Part shown: piece after piece, positions 10,796-23,200 of the stretch
Layout of the letters: every line of letters begins with the position of its first letter
Position numbering within the stretch: the first letter of the stretch is position 1
DNA from: Vicugna vicugna
Lineage: Eukaryota
NCBI GenBank assembly: GCA_013265495.1
Contig: MU057809.1
Location: 919,062 to 983,061 of the forward strand
Direction of reading: 5' to 3'
Length of the DNA: 64,000 nt
Notes under the pieces: model-generated
Told to the model about the DNA's origin: nothing
Database searches by the model: none
What the model saw: the letters and a program-made list of their open reading frames with translations, nothing else
Translations under genes and position numbers: made by a program

Positions 10796-13348
10796 CGACG
10801 GCACGCGCCATCCCTGGGCGCCCACCCTGCGCGCTCTCGGGTGGGCAGGGAGGGAAGCTGCTCCGTCCATGCCATCCGGCCGCTCGGCTGTGGGGGTGTT
10901 TTCCCCGCACGGCTCCTAAGACAGAACGAAACGCCCCCAAAAGGTGCTTGCATCTCAGTTGTCGGGGAGGCTCTAAGGAGCCCTTACAAACGAGTTCCAT
11001 AAAGTTACATAACTTCCCGTGCGTCAATGTCTGATGCTCAACTAATACACTTCCGACAGGCAGCTTGAAGCAGCTTCTAAAGTCTCCAGGTGCCGGTAAT
11101 TCTCCGAGCTTCCGATACACGACGAGATGTTACTGTTTAACAGAACAACAGGGAAACGGCCCCCCAGAGCCTGCAGGGTCCAGCCCTGCAGCGGCCGGCT
11201 CCAGCGGCGGGCCGCTCTGCCCCGGGGGCTGAGGTCAAAGCGGGGCACCTCTAAGCCTGCCCCCTTCCTGGGGCTGCAGAACCAGGCCGCACAGGGGCTC
11301 TCACTCCCCGAGCCACAGGCTGCCTGCAGGTCCGGGCCTGGGTCCTACCCTGCCTGACGGTCCCCCGGAAGCAGGAAGGCCTGGCTGGGCTGAGCAGCAG
11401 CGGCCAAAGGGGCCAGGCCTGGTGGGGGGGCGGATGGCCTAGGGCCTGGGCTGGGAGGGCTCCCCCCCCGCGTGGGGAGAGTGCACAAGCGGTGGGCTGT
11501 GCACGGTAAAGTCAGGGAGACCAGCCTCGCGTTCTCACTTGCAAAACGAGGCAGCAGCCACCACGCCCTGAGCACAGCGCCGGGGCAGAAGCACTGGGCA
11601 CAGGGCGGCCATCTGGCCATCATTGCCACTAACGGGATTAGCGTGAAGGCGCCAACTGAGAGGCTCAGGGCCTCAGAGGGTGAGCTGGGTTCACAGACCT
11701 GGGTGCCCTGTAACTGAGCTGTGCCCCAAGGAGGGTCGGTCTGGCTGGAGACAGGAAGCAGGTCTGGGCCCGGAACCCCCAGGCTGCCCCGAGCAGGTGC
11801 TCAGCAGACATGCACCGAGAGAAGGAATCACTCACCGCCTCACCCCCCCAGCCACCCCCACCCACCACGCCACCTGCAGCTGCGCAGGACCCTCAGGTCT
11901 CCCTGGAAATCACTGGAACTGAAGGCAGTCAGCCCAGCATCCTGGGTTTTGTGTTTTGCCTGAAAGGAGGCTCTGACAAGTCTCTCCTGGAGTCTCCAGG
12001 GAGAAGGGCCGGCCACTGCCGACTGAGCAGGCCCTGCCCCACAGCCTGTGGCTGCCACCTCACAGGGCTCCCGCCTGCAGCCCAAGCCCGCCCTTCTGGC
12101 TCCAGTGCTCCCCGTCCTCCTGGCCTAAGCGATGGCGGTCATCACAGCGGCCAGGGTAGTCCCCACGGGCCAGGAAGGCCTCTGTCACCCACTCTCACCC
12201 AGGGACAGGGCGCGCCCACCAGGCCGCTGCCCTCACACCCACTGCACCCTAGAGCTTGTCCCAGCTCTCTCTTGAACCCGAGAACTCCCCCCGGGCCTGC
12301 CCCCAGCTGAGCCCCTTCCTTTTCTTTGCTAATGGGCTGAGACCCTAAAGTTGGGGTTGCATTCTCCCTGACTCACTCTCACCATAACTTGGATGGTGAC
12401 CAAGTCCAAGGGAGCTGTCAGTGGCCACCCACCAGTGGGCCTTCCTCAGGGGTCTGCGCCTGGGGAAGCCAGGGCAGGGGGCTGCAGGAGAGCGATGACA
12501 CCACTCTCAGGGGCTTGCTGGGCACCTGCCATGGTCTTGAGGGGAGGTGGGCCATCCCGGTGAGGGCTGGACACTTTCCAGGACACCTGGGGAGACACCT
12601 CAGAGGCCACAGGAGGAGCCCCCAGATGCTAACCACGGCACGGGCCCAGATGACCCAGAGGGGCACGTCCAGAGAGCTTGGCTTCCCCACCAGGGATGGG
12701 GAGGTGGGGCCTCTGGCTGTAACGCATAGGAAGGAGGTGAAGGTTTAAGTCATCTTCCCAATTTCTCCCCTTCCACACCGTACTTCCACTGAAAAAGGTG
12801 TCACCCTCCATAAACCACAGGGGAAAGAAAGCCTTCTGCACGTGCATGTCTCCCTGGACCTGTGACTTCTGTGATGTGATTGAGTGTCTGGGTAGAACCC
12901 AGGGATCGTGGACAGGACTGCAGGCCGCCTGCGCTCTGGCTGCCGGAGACCCAGGCCCATCCCCTTCTTGACTGGACAGCACGATGGCCACGAGGGGTCT
13001 GACCTCTCTGCAAGAGGGTAACTCACGTCAGAAAAAGGCGTTGAGAGCCGGGCTCTGAAACGCTGAGTGCCCCACACGCCCTGTCCTAACCCGACAACCA
13101 GCCCGAGGGCAGAGGCCCCTGCTGCAGGCACGGACCTGAACTCAGGGGCGGCGTCACCAGCCCTGCCCACCTGGGACCCCTACCCTCACCCTGCTCCAGG
13201 CAGCTCCCTAGCCCCCATGGAGGCAGTTCCTCCTGACCGAGCCCCCTCGGCTCTGGGCAGACCCGCACACAGTTGAGTGGGGGGGGTCCCGAGGGGGTGG
13301 GCATGCAAGGCGGTGCCTGGAGCAGAGCAGCTGGAGGATGACTGGGGG

Positions 13349-13365
13349 NNNNNNNNNNNNNNNNN
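13349..13365. other. Assembly gap (17 N) between G runs
   Basis: The N run is flanked by ggggg on the left and gggggagggggaggagggaggg on the right. Confidence 0.99.
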
Positions 13366-13568
13366 GGGGGAGGGGGAGGAGGGAGGGCACCCACCTCCAG
13401 CACAGCTTCTAAGGGACGGTTGGAAGGAGATGAGAAGGGGTTTTGGCGACAAGCAGGAAAGGGGACCAAGGCTGAGGAGAAGCCCCCTGCAGTCTGGGGC
13501 CCCTCGGCACAGCCCCGTCCCACCCGGGTCCAGGCCTCGGCGCGGAAGCAGGACCCACCGGCTTTGTC

Positions 13569-13587
13569 TGCTGCCACCTGGTGGTGG
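13569..13587 (-). promoter_or_regulatory. Candidate CTCF site (minus strand ACCACCAGGTGGCAGCA)
   Basis: Close match to the CTCF core CCACCAGGTGGCAG. Motif only; no binding data. Confidence 0.4.
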
Positions 13588-14852
13588 CCGCCAGGAGGCG
13601 TGCAGCCCCAGACACAGCTGACCCAGGCCCTCCCCAGGTCACAAGGAGCCCAAGCAGGACCTCCACTTCCCAGAAGAGGAGGGTGATTCTCAGCACCTGG
13701 AAGCAGCGAGCCCCTCCCCACCTGCCTGCTGATGCTCCAGAAAGGCCAGGGGCCAGTGACCAGGCAGCCTGCCCGGGGATGCCCCACTGCTGCCAGTGCA
13801 AGCTTGGTCCTCCCCATGGACAACGGCTCAGGCCCAGGCCGGGGCACAGGGGGCCCCCTCCCCTACAGGGCCTGCGGCACAGGGCGTGTGGCGGTGAGGG
13901 CCCACCCCCAAGGGCCTTGCTGGGCGGGGAACAGAGCCCTCATCAGAGCACTGAGGCCGGTCCCCGGGGTAACCCCTGGCCTCAAAGTCAGGAGTGTCAG
14001 GTCCCCTATCCTAGTCCAGATCCCGGTCAGCCCGGCATGGGGGGAGGGCAGGAGGCCAGCAGCACCCCCGTCCAGAGAAAACAGGGACAGGACGGGACGG
14101 AGGCGGCTCCTCGGGCTGGGGGGCCGTTCCCCTGCCTGGAGCCCGCCACCCAGCACCTGACTGGACGTGTGAACATCCACAGGGGTGACGACAGAGAGGA
14201 ACAGAGGGTCGTGGCGGTGAAGCTGGTGGAGCTGGTGACATCTTCCTGCCCTGAATTTTTTCATAATCCGGGAACTGGACGGGAAGGCTTAGTGACCACC
14301 ACACTGCCCTGCTGACCCCAGGAAGGAGGAGGGGTCAGGGGCTTTCTCTCCCAAAACCAGGACAGGCCCAGGCAAATGGGGCGAGTCTGACTCCTGCAGG
14401 CAGGACTCACAGAGAGGAAGACAAGGAGCCCAATGGGAGCAGGTGCCCAAACCCGGACACGAGGGGTGGAGGCTGGAGAGTGGAGGGGCTGTGGCCGGCT
14501 GAGCAGGCCCGGCAAGGGTCACCGAGTTCTGACACCGACGCCCCTCTTCAATGACACACAAGCCCTTGAACGGGTGGCACTGGGGGCGCAAGAACCGTTG
14601 GCCTCCGAGTGAACCGGCTGGAGAACGTGCGGTGCCAGACAGGAGGGTCTCTGGACATAAAAACTGCCGGGATGCGGGAGCTGTCCCCGCAAACCTGTCC
14701 CCGTCACTGTCCCACAGGGAGTAACCGTGGGGTGACAGCAGCGCTGTCGAGGCAGCTTCGCTCCGTGCAGCTGGAGTTACCCTCAGTCAGGACTGAGGTG
14801 GGCGCGTAGCAACCGGCACGCTGGAGAAACACAGACAGACGGACACGCTCAC

Positions 14853-14993
14853 CTCCATCTCTGAGCTGTGGGCGTGCGCCTTCTGCAGCATGTCCTCGGC
14901 CTCGCGCATGCGGCGGGTCAGCTGGGGCGAGTACTCGGCTGGGGTCAGCTCACTGTCGTAGGAGCCCAGGATGGCGCGCATACCGTCCCGCTC
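14853..14993 (-). CDS. MAD1L1: MAD1L1 internal coding exon (141 nt, phase 0-0): [47 protein letters not shown]
   Basis: Acceptor ...ggcgtctgtgtccacag|GAG, branch-like CTGAC (A at 15015), donor GAG|gtgagc. The peptide is recognisable MAD1 (about human aa 407-453) and overlaps ORF 14787..14981. Confidence 0.97.
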
Positions 14994-16474
14994 CTGTGGA
15001 CACAGACGCCAGGGTCAGGCCTGGGTGGGCGAGGGGTGCGGAGCCTGGGGCTTGGGGTCCAGTTCAGGGGGCAGCCGTCAGGTGGGGGCCCCTCGTGTGG
15101 CCCTGGCTGCTCTGAAGGCCCAGCTAGGCCGGGGCCCACCTTCAGCCTGGGCCCACTGAGCACCTGGTCTCGAGCGGCGGCGTCTGCAGAGTCCTGCAGT
15201 GGTCAGGGCCTCACGGGCCAGTGGTGGGCACTGGCCACCCTCTCCTGAGTCCGCTGTGTCCCTAGATGGGCAAAAGGTCTCTGCCCCGTCCCAGCCAGTG
15301 CCCTGGTCAGTGTCTTTCTGAGTCCCAGCAAACAGGCCGAGGGAAACACCACCAGCAAGCGAGTTTGTGTGCCCCTCCTCCCGTGACCTCTGACCCGGCC
15401 TTTGACCCAGTAATACTCAGAGAGGGGTCCTGAGCAGGGGACATGGTGAGTGAGGCAGGGCAGGGAGGCAGCAAGTGTCCGAGGGGACCGAGACACAGAC
15501 CGCTCCCTCCACCTGCCCAGAGTTCTCCGAAAGGTCCCGGGACACCCACTGCAACAGCTCTGGCCCCAGTGGGCTCCTCGTGCACCCAGAGCCCCTGGGG
15601 AGCCGGAGGCCCCAACCCCACGCGTCACCGTGCACTAGCCACACCTAGCACCCTCCTCCATTTCTTGGGGAAGAAAGGGTGCCAAGGAAAGACGTGGCTC
15701 AGGTTCCATGGGAGGCACTGGCCACGCCACACCAGGACTCTCAGAGCCATCCAGGAGGGCTGCTCTGTGGTGCCCTGCTAGACATGGGGAGGCCGACAGC
15801 ATGAGCTGGGATGAGGGGGGCTCAGGAGAGGCTGGCGGCTCCTCCTGAGACGCTCACGGAGGCAGAGGCCCTCCTGGAGAAGAGTGGGGCCGCGGAGCTC
15901 AGGCGTCTCTGGTCCAGGAGCCAGGCCCTCCAGCCAGCCTGTGGCAGGGGCGCCTGCACGGGGACAGGAGGCTCCGTCTCCCCGTGGGCCGCCCACCGCC
16001 TTTCTCCCTCCCCGACTGCAGGCCTGGAACCACAGGACTGGATTCTCTGGCCCTGACCCCGAGTATGCATGGAGACTGGGTCCCTAACAGGTGAGGGAGG
16101 AGCTGAGGGCCGGCGCCCCCTCCTCCCAGCTGCCACACCAGCTGTCACACCATCAGGGAAAATCGAGTTCCCCTGGAGAACGCGGGAGCAAGCCCTCCGT
16201 GCTCTCGCACCCCCGGGACTTGTGAAAAGTCTTTCCAGACTCAGCAGGCTGGGGTGGGGCCTGAGAGTCTGCGTTTTTAACAGGGGCCCAGAGACGGCGG
16301 CGCCGGGGTGAGTGGGCCACACTAGGGAGCAAGACACACAGCCCAGTGGCCTTGCCTGGGACAGCACAGCCCAGGAAGAAGAGGCGGGTTGCAGTGGGGC
16401 CGGGTCCTAGTCCCGCTCCGCTCTGGACCAGCTGGCAACCGGAGGCCGGCGCCTGAGTTCCCCTGAGCCTCCGC

Positions 16475-16565
16475 TCTGTGATCAGTGAGGTGGGTAACCA
16501 GCCGGTCTCACAGGATGGCTGTGACGGTCAATGCCATCAAGGAGCAAGCGTCCAGCCGCCACCTG
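16475..16565 (+). mobile_element. MIR fragment
   Basis: ctgtgatcagtgaggtgggtaaccagccggtctcacaggatggctgtgacggtcaatg resembles the MIR core/3' region. Confidence 0.4.
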
Positions 16566-18589
16566 TGAATGGCGAGGCTCCTGCGATGACAGCAGAGCGA
16601 CCTCACCCACACCGGCACACGGACCTCCAGGTAGTCACACGTGCTCTGGGACAGCTGCTGGAGAAGGCACCCAGGCCAGCGTCCCTTCGCAGCCCCCACA
16701 CCCGTCCCCCACAGGGCAGGGAGTCAGGCGAGCTGTGGACACAGCCCGCACCAGCACCAGCTCCAGGGCCAAGTCTGAGAACTGGAACTGACCTGGGGGG
16801 CGGGGCCACAGACCCTCTACCCACATCCTCTCTGCCGGTGCTTCCGGGAGCCGAGGCCTGACTGCCCGGGGGGAGACCCACACCAAGTGCTCGTCCACCC
16901 CGAGCTATGACGCTGCCCACCGCCTGCCCAGGCCCTTCCTTGTCAGGTGAGCCTGGCGTTGCTGCAGGGGGTCCCTGGATCCTCCCACCCTGCTCCCTTT
17001 GCCCAATGAGCTCAGTGGTCTCTTGTGCTCCGAGCCAGGCTGTCACCCCAGCACGGGCTTCGTAATTACTTGATGACAAAAAAATTCAATAAGTGAGAAA
17101 TTAAAGTTACAAATCCAACTGGAACTGGTCACATATCCGTGGAAAATTTGTTTCCAACAGGAAGGTTTATCGAGTGTCATAATTTTATTGAAATCCTATA
17201 TCTTCACATTGACTTTTATGGTTTCGAGCTGGTTACAGAGTTATCATTACCAGAGTGACGATGCCACGCAGGGGCCGGGGAGGGGGCTTCCTCTCATAAA
17301 CAAGCTGTAATTGTCTCCTTTATTGGCCAGTAAATCTCCAAACTGCCGTCTCTCCCTACGACTCTCTTCTGTTATATCTCCAGGCTAGCAAAGAGGGAGA
17401 TGTAAAATTGAAAGTTTGTTGGTTTTACCTTTAAAGAAATCGTTTTGTCATTAGTAGTGGAAGAGCAAGAACCGGGCTGGCTTGACCTGATGACTTTGTA
17501 ATGACCGAGTCCACGTATGGCGACCGTCTCCTCATCCCCACGTGGACAAGTGCTGGTGAGTCCCTGAGCAGAGGCGCCCGGCTGACCCGCTCCAGAAACA
17601 AGCAAGGCGGCATTTTCCACTGGGTGCTGCTGGCCGGGTACAGAGCAGTTCTGTCTGCTGCCAATCGCGTGATGCGAACAGCAACCAAAGAGCATGGCAG
17701 CAGCGTCCCGCGGGCAGAAGTGAGCTGAGGACGTGGCGGGATGCAGGGATGGAGGCTGCCCCGACCCCTAGCTGGCCACTCAGGGCCGTGACCCGCTCCA
17801 CTCCCACCAGCCCCGGCCTCAGAGCTCCAGGCTGAGACGGACAGGCTGGCCCTGACAGCCCCAAACTGACCCTGAAAGACGAAGTGCTTGGGGTAATTTT
17901 ACTGGCCTACGTGCACCCAGGCCTCCAGGACCAGGTGAAGAAAGTGCAGCTCTATCCTGAACACAGAGGTCCCGTCCAGGGGAGGAGCAGGCCTGGAAGG
18001 GTGGACCAGCAACCGGGGCGCCCCTCGCTCTGCAGTGGGCACCTGGAGTCCAACCAGGGTTCACCCTCGTGCCCAACTCGGGGACAAGGGTGGGGCCACC
18101 CCCGGAGTGGGCAGATCAGAGTGCAGCCCTGCAGCACCTCTGGGTCGGCCCAGGAGGAGCCAGGACAGACAGATCAAGACCCCCTCTACCGCCAGTCTTA
18201 CTGCCCCAACTCCCTGACCGGCTCAGAACCCTGCAGGCTTCTAAGTGGGGCCCAGGTCAGTACCCGGGGGATGGGGTCTTCTGAGGATGGCAGAGATGAA
18301 AAAGCCATGCTTTCTTCTCTGTATGGTACGGCCGTGGAGTGCCTAGGTGGCTGCCAAGTGGTGGAGGAAGAGGCAGTCACAGAGCTTGGGAAGAACCCAG
18401 GTCAAGTCCAGGCCACAGTCTTCCGGGCGCAGAGGTACAAAGTCACTCCTCGCGCGCCCCCCAGGGAGACCGGGCACAGCTGCCCAATAACCAGGCAGCG
18501 GCCAAACCCTGCAGCCCCAGGCCGGCCAGACGCACCAGCGCCTCGGGGCAAGCAAAGGTCTCCTAAACAGGACACAGGAAATAGCAACC

Positions 18590-20225
18590 ATAAAGGAACT
18601 TTCACGCGGGTAGATCAGAGCCCACTAAGATCAAAAACTCTGTTGCACTGAAGAGAGTGAAAAGCAGAGAGAAGATATTTGTAAGACAAACACTTGACAA
18701 AAAGCTAGGATCCACAATATATGAAGAATTTCTGCAAGTCAGGAAGAAAAAGGGCAGGAGGAAGAGAAATGGGCAGTGGGCTTGAAAGGGGCTCCAGCAG
18801 AGTGGACCTCCACAAGGCCGCCAAACACGCGGAGAGGTGTGTGACCTCATCAGTGCCCTGGGCACCACAAACACAGGAGGCATGGCCCTCCCTCCCCGGC
18901 AGGGACACCTCAGGTTACGGAGACGGTGCCAAGTGTGAGCAAGGCTCTGAAGCGGCAGGGTGCCCGTGCCTCCCCAGCAGGTGTGCAAACGGTCACGGCC
19001 AACCTGGTAAACTGCCACCAGCTATGCAGGTGAGTGAAGTGCGGTGGCACAGGGGCCTCCCAGGGACGCACAGACAGGACTCATGTGTGTGCACGTGTCC
19101 AGAAGGCGCGCTCAAGAACGTTCCCGCAGGGCGTGGAGAAAAGGGAGCCTCCCACACTGCTGGGGGGAATGCAGTTCGGTGCCTTGTGGAAAACAGTGTG
19201 TGGAGTCCTCAAAAAACTAAAAATAGACTTAACCTATGACCCAGCAGTTCCACTCCTGGGCATATATCCAGAGGGAACTCTAATTCAAAAAGATAAACGC
19301 TCCCCAGTGTTCATAGCAGCACTATTTACAGTAGTCAAGATACGGAAACAACCCAAATGTCCATCGACAGACGACTGATAAAGAAGCTGCGGTATATTTA
19401 TACAATGGAATATTACTCAGCCATAAAAAAGAATAAAATAATGCCATTTGCAGCACCATGGATGGACCTAGAGGTTGTCATTCTAAGTGAAGTAAGCCAG
19501 AAACAGAAAGAAAAATACCGTATGATATCACTCATACGTGGAATCTAAAAAAAAAAAAAGAAAAAGAAAAAGGACACTAACGAATTCATCTATAAAACAG
19601 AAAAAGACTCGCAGACAGAGTAAACAATCTTATGGTTACCAGGGAAAGGGGCTGGGACAGGATAAACTTGGGAGTTTGAGATTTACAAATGTTAGCCACT
19701 ATATACAAAAACAGATTTTTTAAAAGTTTTCACTGTATGTTCAATATCTTGTAATAACCTATAATGAAAAAGAATATGAAAATGAATTATGGACGTATAT
19801 GAATGACTGGGACATTGTGCTGTGCCCCAGAGATTGACACATTGTAACTGATGGTACTTCAGTTAAAAAAAAAAAAAGAACCCTCATGGCAGCATTACTC
19901 ACAAGCGCTGAGAGACGGAGAAGCCCACTGATGGACAAAAGGACGCACAACGGTGCACTCGGGACGCAAAATGACAGGCCCGCAGCCCCAACACAGCTGT
20001 GCGCAGCAGAATCCAAACACGGGAGGTCACACTGTGCGACTGCGCTCACACAATCTGAAGCCTGGTGAGACTGCCGCGTGGGGTCAGGACCGGGGGCGGT
20101 CGGGGGAGGGGCGCCGGGGCTTTCGGGGTGCGGGCCACAGCTCCGCTCTCAACCTGGGGGGTTTACTGACGTGATGATACCTCACCAAGCTGCACTCTGG
20201 GTCAGAGCGCTTCACCCACACAGGC
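18590..20225 (+). mobile_element. Ancient LINE-1 (L1ME-like) ORF2 3' end and 3' UTR, interrupted by a younger L1
   Basis: gagaagatatttgtaagacaaacacttgacaaaaagctaggatccacaatatatgaagaatttctgcaa lies on the left. The consensus phrase aagaatgttcatagcagcattattc is split between 19114-19123 and 19876 onward. Confidence 0.65.
19124..19877 (+). mobile_element. Younger 5'-truncated LINE-1 (about 750 bp): ORF2 C-terminus, 3' UTR, poly(A), with a target-site duplication; cetartiodactyl type, camelid-like
   Basis: ORF fragments read KKLKIDLTYDPAVPLLGIYP...PKCPSTDD and MEYYSAIKKNKIMPFAAPWMDLEVVILSEVSQKQKEKYRMISLIRGI, the classic L1 ORF2 end, split by a frameshift. The A tail is at about 19865-19877. Flanks are AAGAACGTTC (19114-19123) and AAGAACCCTC (19876-19885). 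Confidence 0.93.
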
Positions 20226-23200
20226 CACCCCGCTGAGAAGTTGAGAAAAGGAAATATTAGAAAACAGACGTTCTGCAGTCTCAGCAGCACAGCAACGCGG
20301 GGCACAGTCTCACCTGCGGACAGCTTCCCAGAAAGCGCGTCAGACCTGAGACCAGCTTCCCACCCTCTGCCCGAGAGCAGCGAGGGCCCACGCAGCAGGC
20401 CGAGGGTGTCGGCGGCCGGGCAGGGCAGCGTTGGGGGCGGGGGGGCTGCACGAGACCCTGGCGCTCTGCACAGATTCCACGGAGCCGTGGCATTTAGGGG
20501 AGGACGGCGTGGGGCCCGGTGCCGGGGAGTCCTGGGTGTGGCACTGCGTGGTCGGAGCAGGAGTGACAGGCTTGGGGACGAGGGAAGGTTACTGGGGAGC
20601 TGGGATTATCATGCAGACACAGCGGGCAGAGGAAGGAGGAGCAGAAGACAAGAACGTCCACAGCCCAGAGCCGGACGTGAGCGCTGGGGAAAGGCTGCCA
20701 TTTCCCGCCGAGTCCCCTGTTCTGCCTCCGAGGAAATTCAGCTCCTTGGGCCTGAGGCCTCCGACGGCGTTTGCTCTGGAATTCTCCTAGGGACACACCA
20801 GGGCCAACTGTCCCGATCCTGACCCTCCAGGCCACTGCGGTGGGGGGGGGGTCCAGGAACAGCAGGGCAGGGAGAAGGCGGCCCCTCGGCAGGTCCCCAC
20901 CCCACCCTCCGCCCGCGCAGAGCTCACACGTCACAACCACAGCAGGAGAGGCCCCCAGCCGACGCAGCGCAACCCCAGGTCTGAGGGAAGACGGCTCTTG
21001 GGACCGAAGTCTGCAGAGCCCAAACTCAGCAACCCCAGTTAACGGGGAAAAGGCGAGTTCAGGGGGCAGTGAGCGGACCCGAGCGTCGTCTTAACAGGCT
21101 GCCGGGCTGCTAACTAACTCCCCAGAGTGCCCTGAGTAGAGTGTGAGCAATGCTCCCAAATGCATTCCTTGCGGGGCTTCCTCCCTAAGGAGGTAAGGCT
21201 CACCTGAGTCACACGGACCCCTGCTCACACCACCGAGACCCCCCTGACGGGGTCCTGCCAGACCTCCAACAAAAGGCAGCATAACCCCTTCACAAGCGGC
21301 GGAAACCGTCCACCTGTGTGTGATGAAAATGCTTCCAAAACAAACCAGACGTCGCCCTGGCCACGGCCGGCTGAGGACACCGAGAAGCTGTCAGCCTTTC
21401 CCAACGGCTGGTTCGCTGTGATAAGTGTTGGTTTTCCCATCCCACTAGCTCTGCTCGCAGGTCGGCAGGAGTAAGCAGCACCGGGCCGTGTCGGTGCCCA
21501 CGACCTCTGCTCCCTGCACGTCCCCGGGCTCCAGGTCCCCTGCTGCCCACGCTGTCTGCTCGCTGAGCGTGCCTCCTGAGCACTGGGTAGCACCGCGCGC
21601 CTCCTCTGGCTTTCTAACACTGCGTCCTCTGCGGCTCCTTGCTCTTCACCCTCTTCGTCTATCAGAGTCTTATCTGACCCATAAAGCCAGTCTGTCGTTC
21701 ACTGGGCTCTGCTTCTGGGCAGAGCCAGAGCAGGCCTGTAAGAGACAGCTGGCAGGCCCGAAAGGCACCTCCTGTCCTGTCCAGGACCCGAGCGTCCCCC
21801 CACAGGCCTCTCCGGGGAGGGTCCCGCTCGCAGCCGCCCCCACTGCCCACAGTCGCCAGCGGGCTGGCAGGGCTGAGCTGGCTCAGCTGCACGTCTCTGT
21901 GTTTCTCACCAGCGGCCATGCTCCTGCGATCTCCGCCTCCTGACGAAAGCTCTACAACACCTATTGTAGAGGAGTGGGGATCAAGCAAGCTTTCCCAGAG
22001 CAATTGTACTTAGATTTCACACTGCTCTATTACAAACTCCATTTCATTTACGTTCACTGCATAACACGGTCCGTGGCATCCACCCGGAGCCGGCACTGAG
22101 CTTCCCAGCGGCAGGTCCTCACCCTCACGTGCTGACGGCGTGGGCGCCGCCTGAGGGAGCTGGCGTTCCAGGGTGACACTCGAGCAAGGGGGGGCCAGGG
22201 CTGCGGCACTGTCCCCCCTCAGTGTCCGCCCACGTCCATGTGGCATCAGACCACACCATCGTGGGGACCACAGGCTGAGGGCATGACCATGGGTGCGGCC
22301 TGGCTCTGCGTGAGGCACAAGACATCAGACAGGACAGTGGGGAAAGAGCTCGCGACACAGGAGCAGACCGGGGCGTGGCCCACACCCCTTCCTTCTCCAT
22401 GCCTCCGTCTCCCTGTGGGCTGAAGGACATGGACTGCTGCACCGCTGTTCAAACCCACACGTTTTCAAGTCTGAGCAGCTCTCTTCCCCAGGGTGGGCAC
22501 CAGCGGCCACAGATCCCGCGTGTGAGGCACAGATTCCACTAGGCGGCTTCCCCAGTGTTCTCCACACGCCGGACGCCCAGCCCCAGCACGGCCTAGGAGC
22601 AACAGCACTCAGCAAATGCCTGTCCAACCGAAAACTGACTGGGGACGTGTTCGGTCAGTCTTCAGACGAGGACGCTGGCTTCCTGGGCTACGTCACCTGC
22701 CCCAGGTCAGCAGACCCTAGTGACAGCTAAGACCCCAACCCAGGTCTGCAGGAAGCTGGAGCTTGGGCTCTGACTCACCGCACTAAACAGACTGGAACGC
22801 CTCGTTCCGTGGACCGAAGCCCCTGCACTGGAGCGCCCACTGCTCGTGGGCTGCACGGAGCTCGCGGGGCTGCACAGAGCTCGTGGGGCAGGGACCTGGA
22901 GTCTCCACCATGCTCCAAGCTCCGCGTCTCAGAGCACGTGCAGGACGCAGACTGGGCTCACTAATTTGCAAGGTCGTCTCCCTGTGGAGGTCAGGTACCA
23001 GGCCGGGTTTGGCCGCCCCACCCCCACGGGAGCTGCCCGCAGACTCAGGGACCAGCCCCCTCTGCCAGATCGTCCTCAGCGTGCAGCCCTGCTGACAGGC
23101 CCTGGGCTCCAGGCGAGGACTCAGCACAGGGACTGACCCCACAGCAGCACCCGGGCACAGTTCTGCCCTCCACACCCACCCTGTCATCAGATGGGAGCCT

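Noticed and set aside
10900-11150. Moderately AT-rich stretch that might be a DNA-transposon remnant
   Set aside because: I could not match it to any consensus or find terminal inverted repeats. A Dfam search is needed.
14787-14852. Read-through of the 141-nt exon into the intron ([21 protein letters not shown]) as an alternative C-terminus
   Set aside because: The donor GAG|gtgagc is strong, a short read-through to a stop is the default for any exon, and I identified no nearby poly(A) signal.
21950-21971. Hairpin CTCTACAA-6nt-TTGTAGAG
   Set aside because: Several 8-bp stems are expected by chance in 64 kb, and there is no extended pre-miRNA-like pairing.
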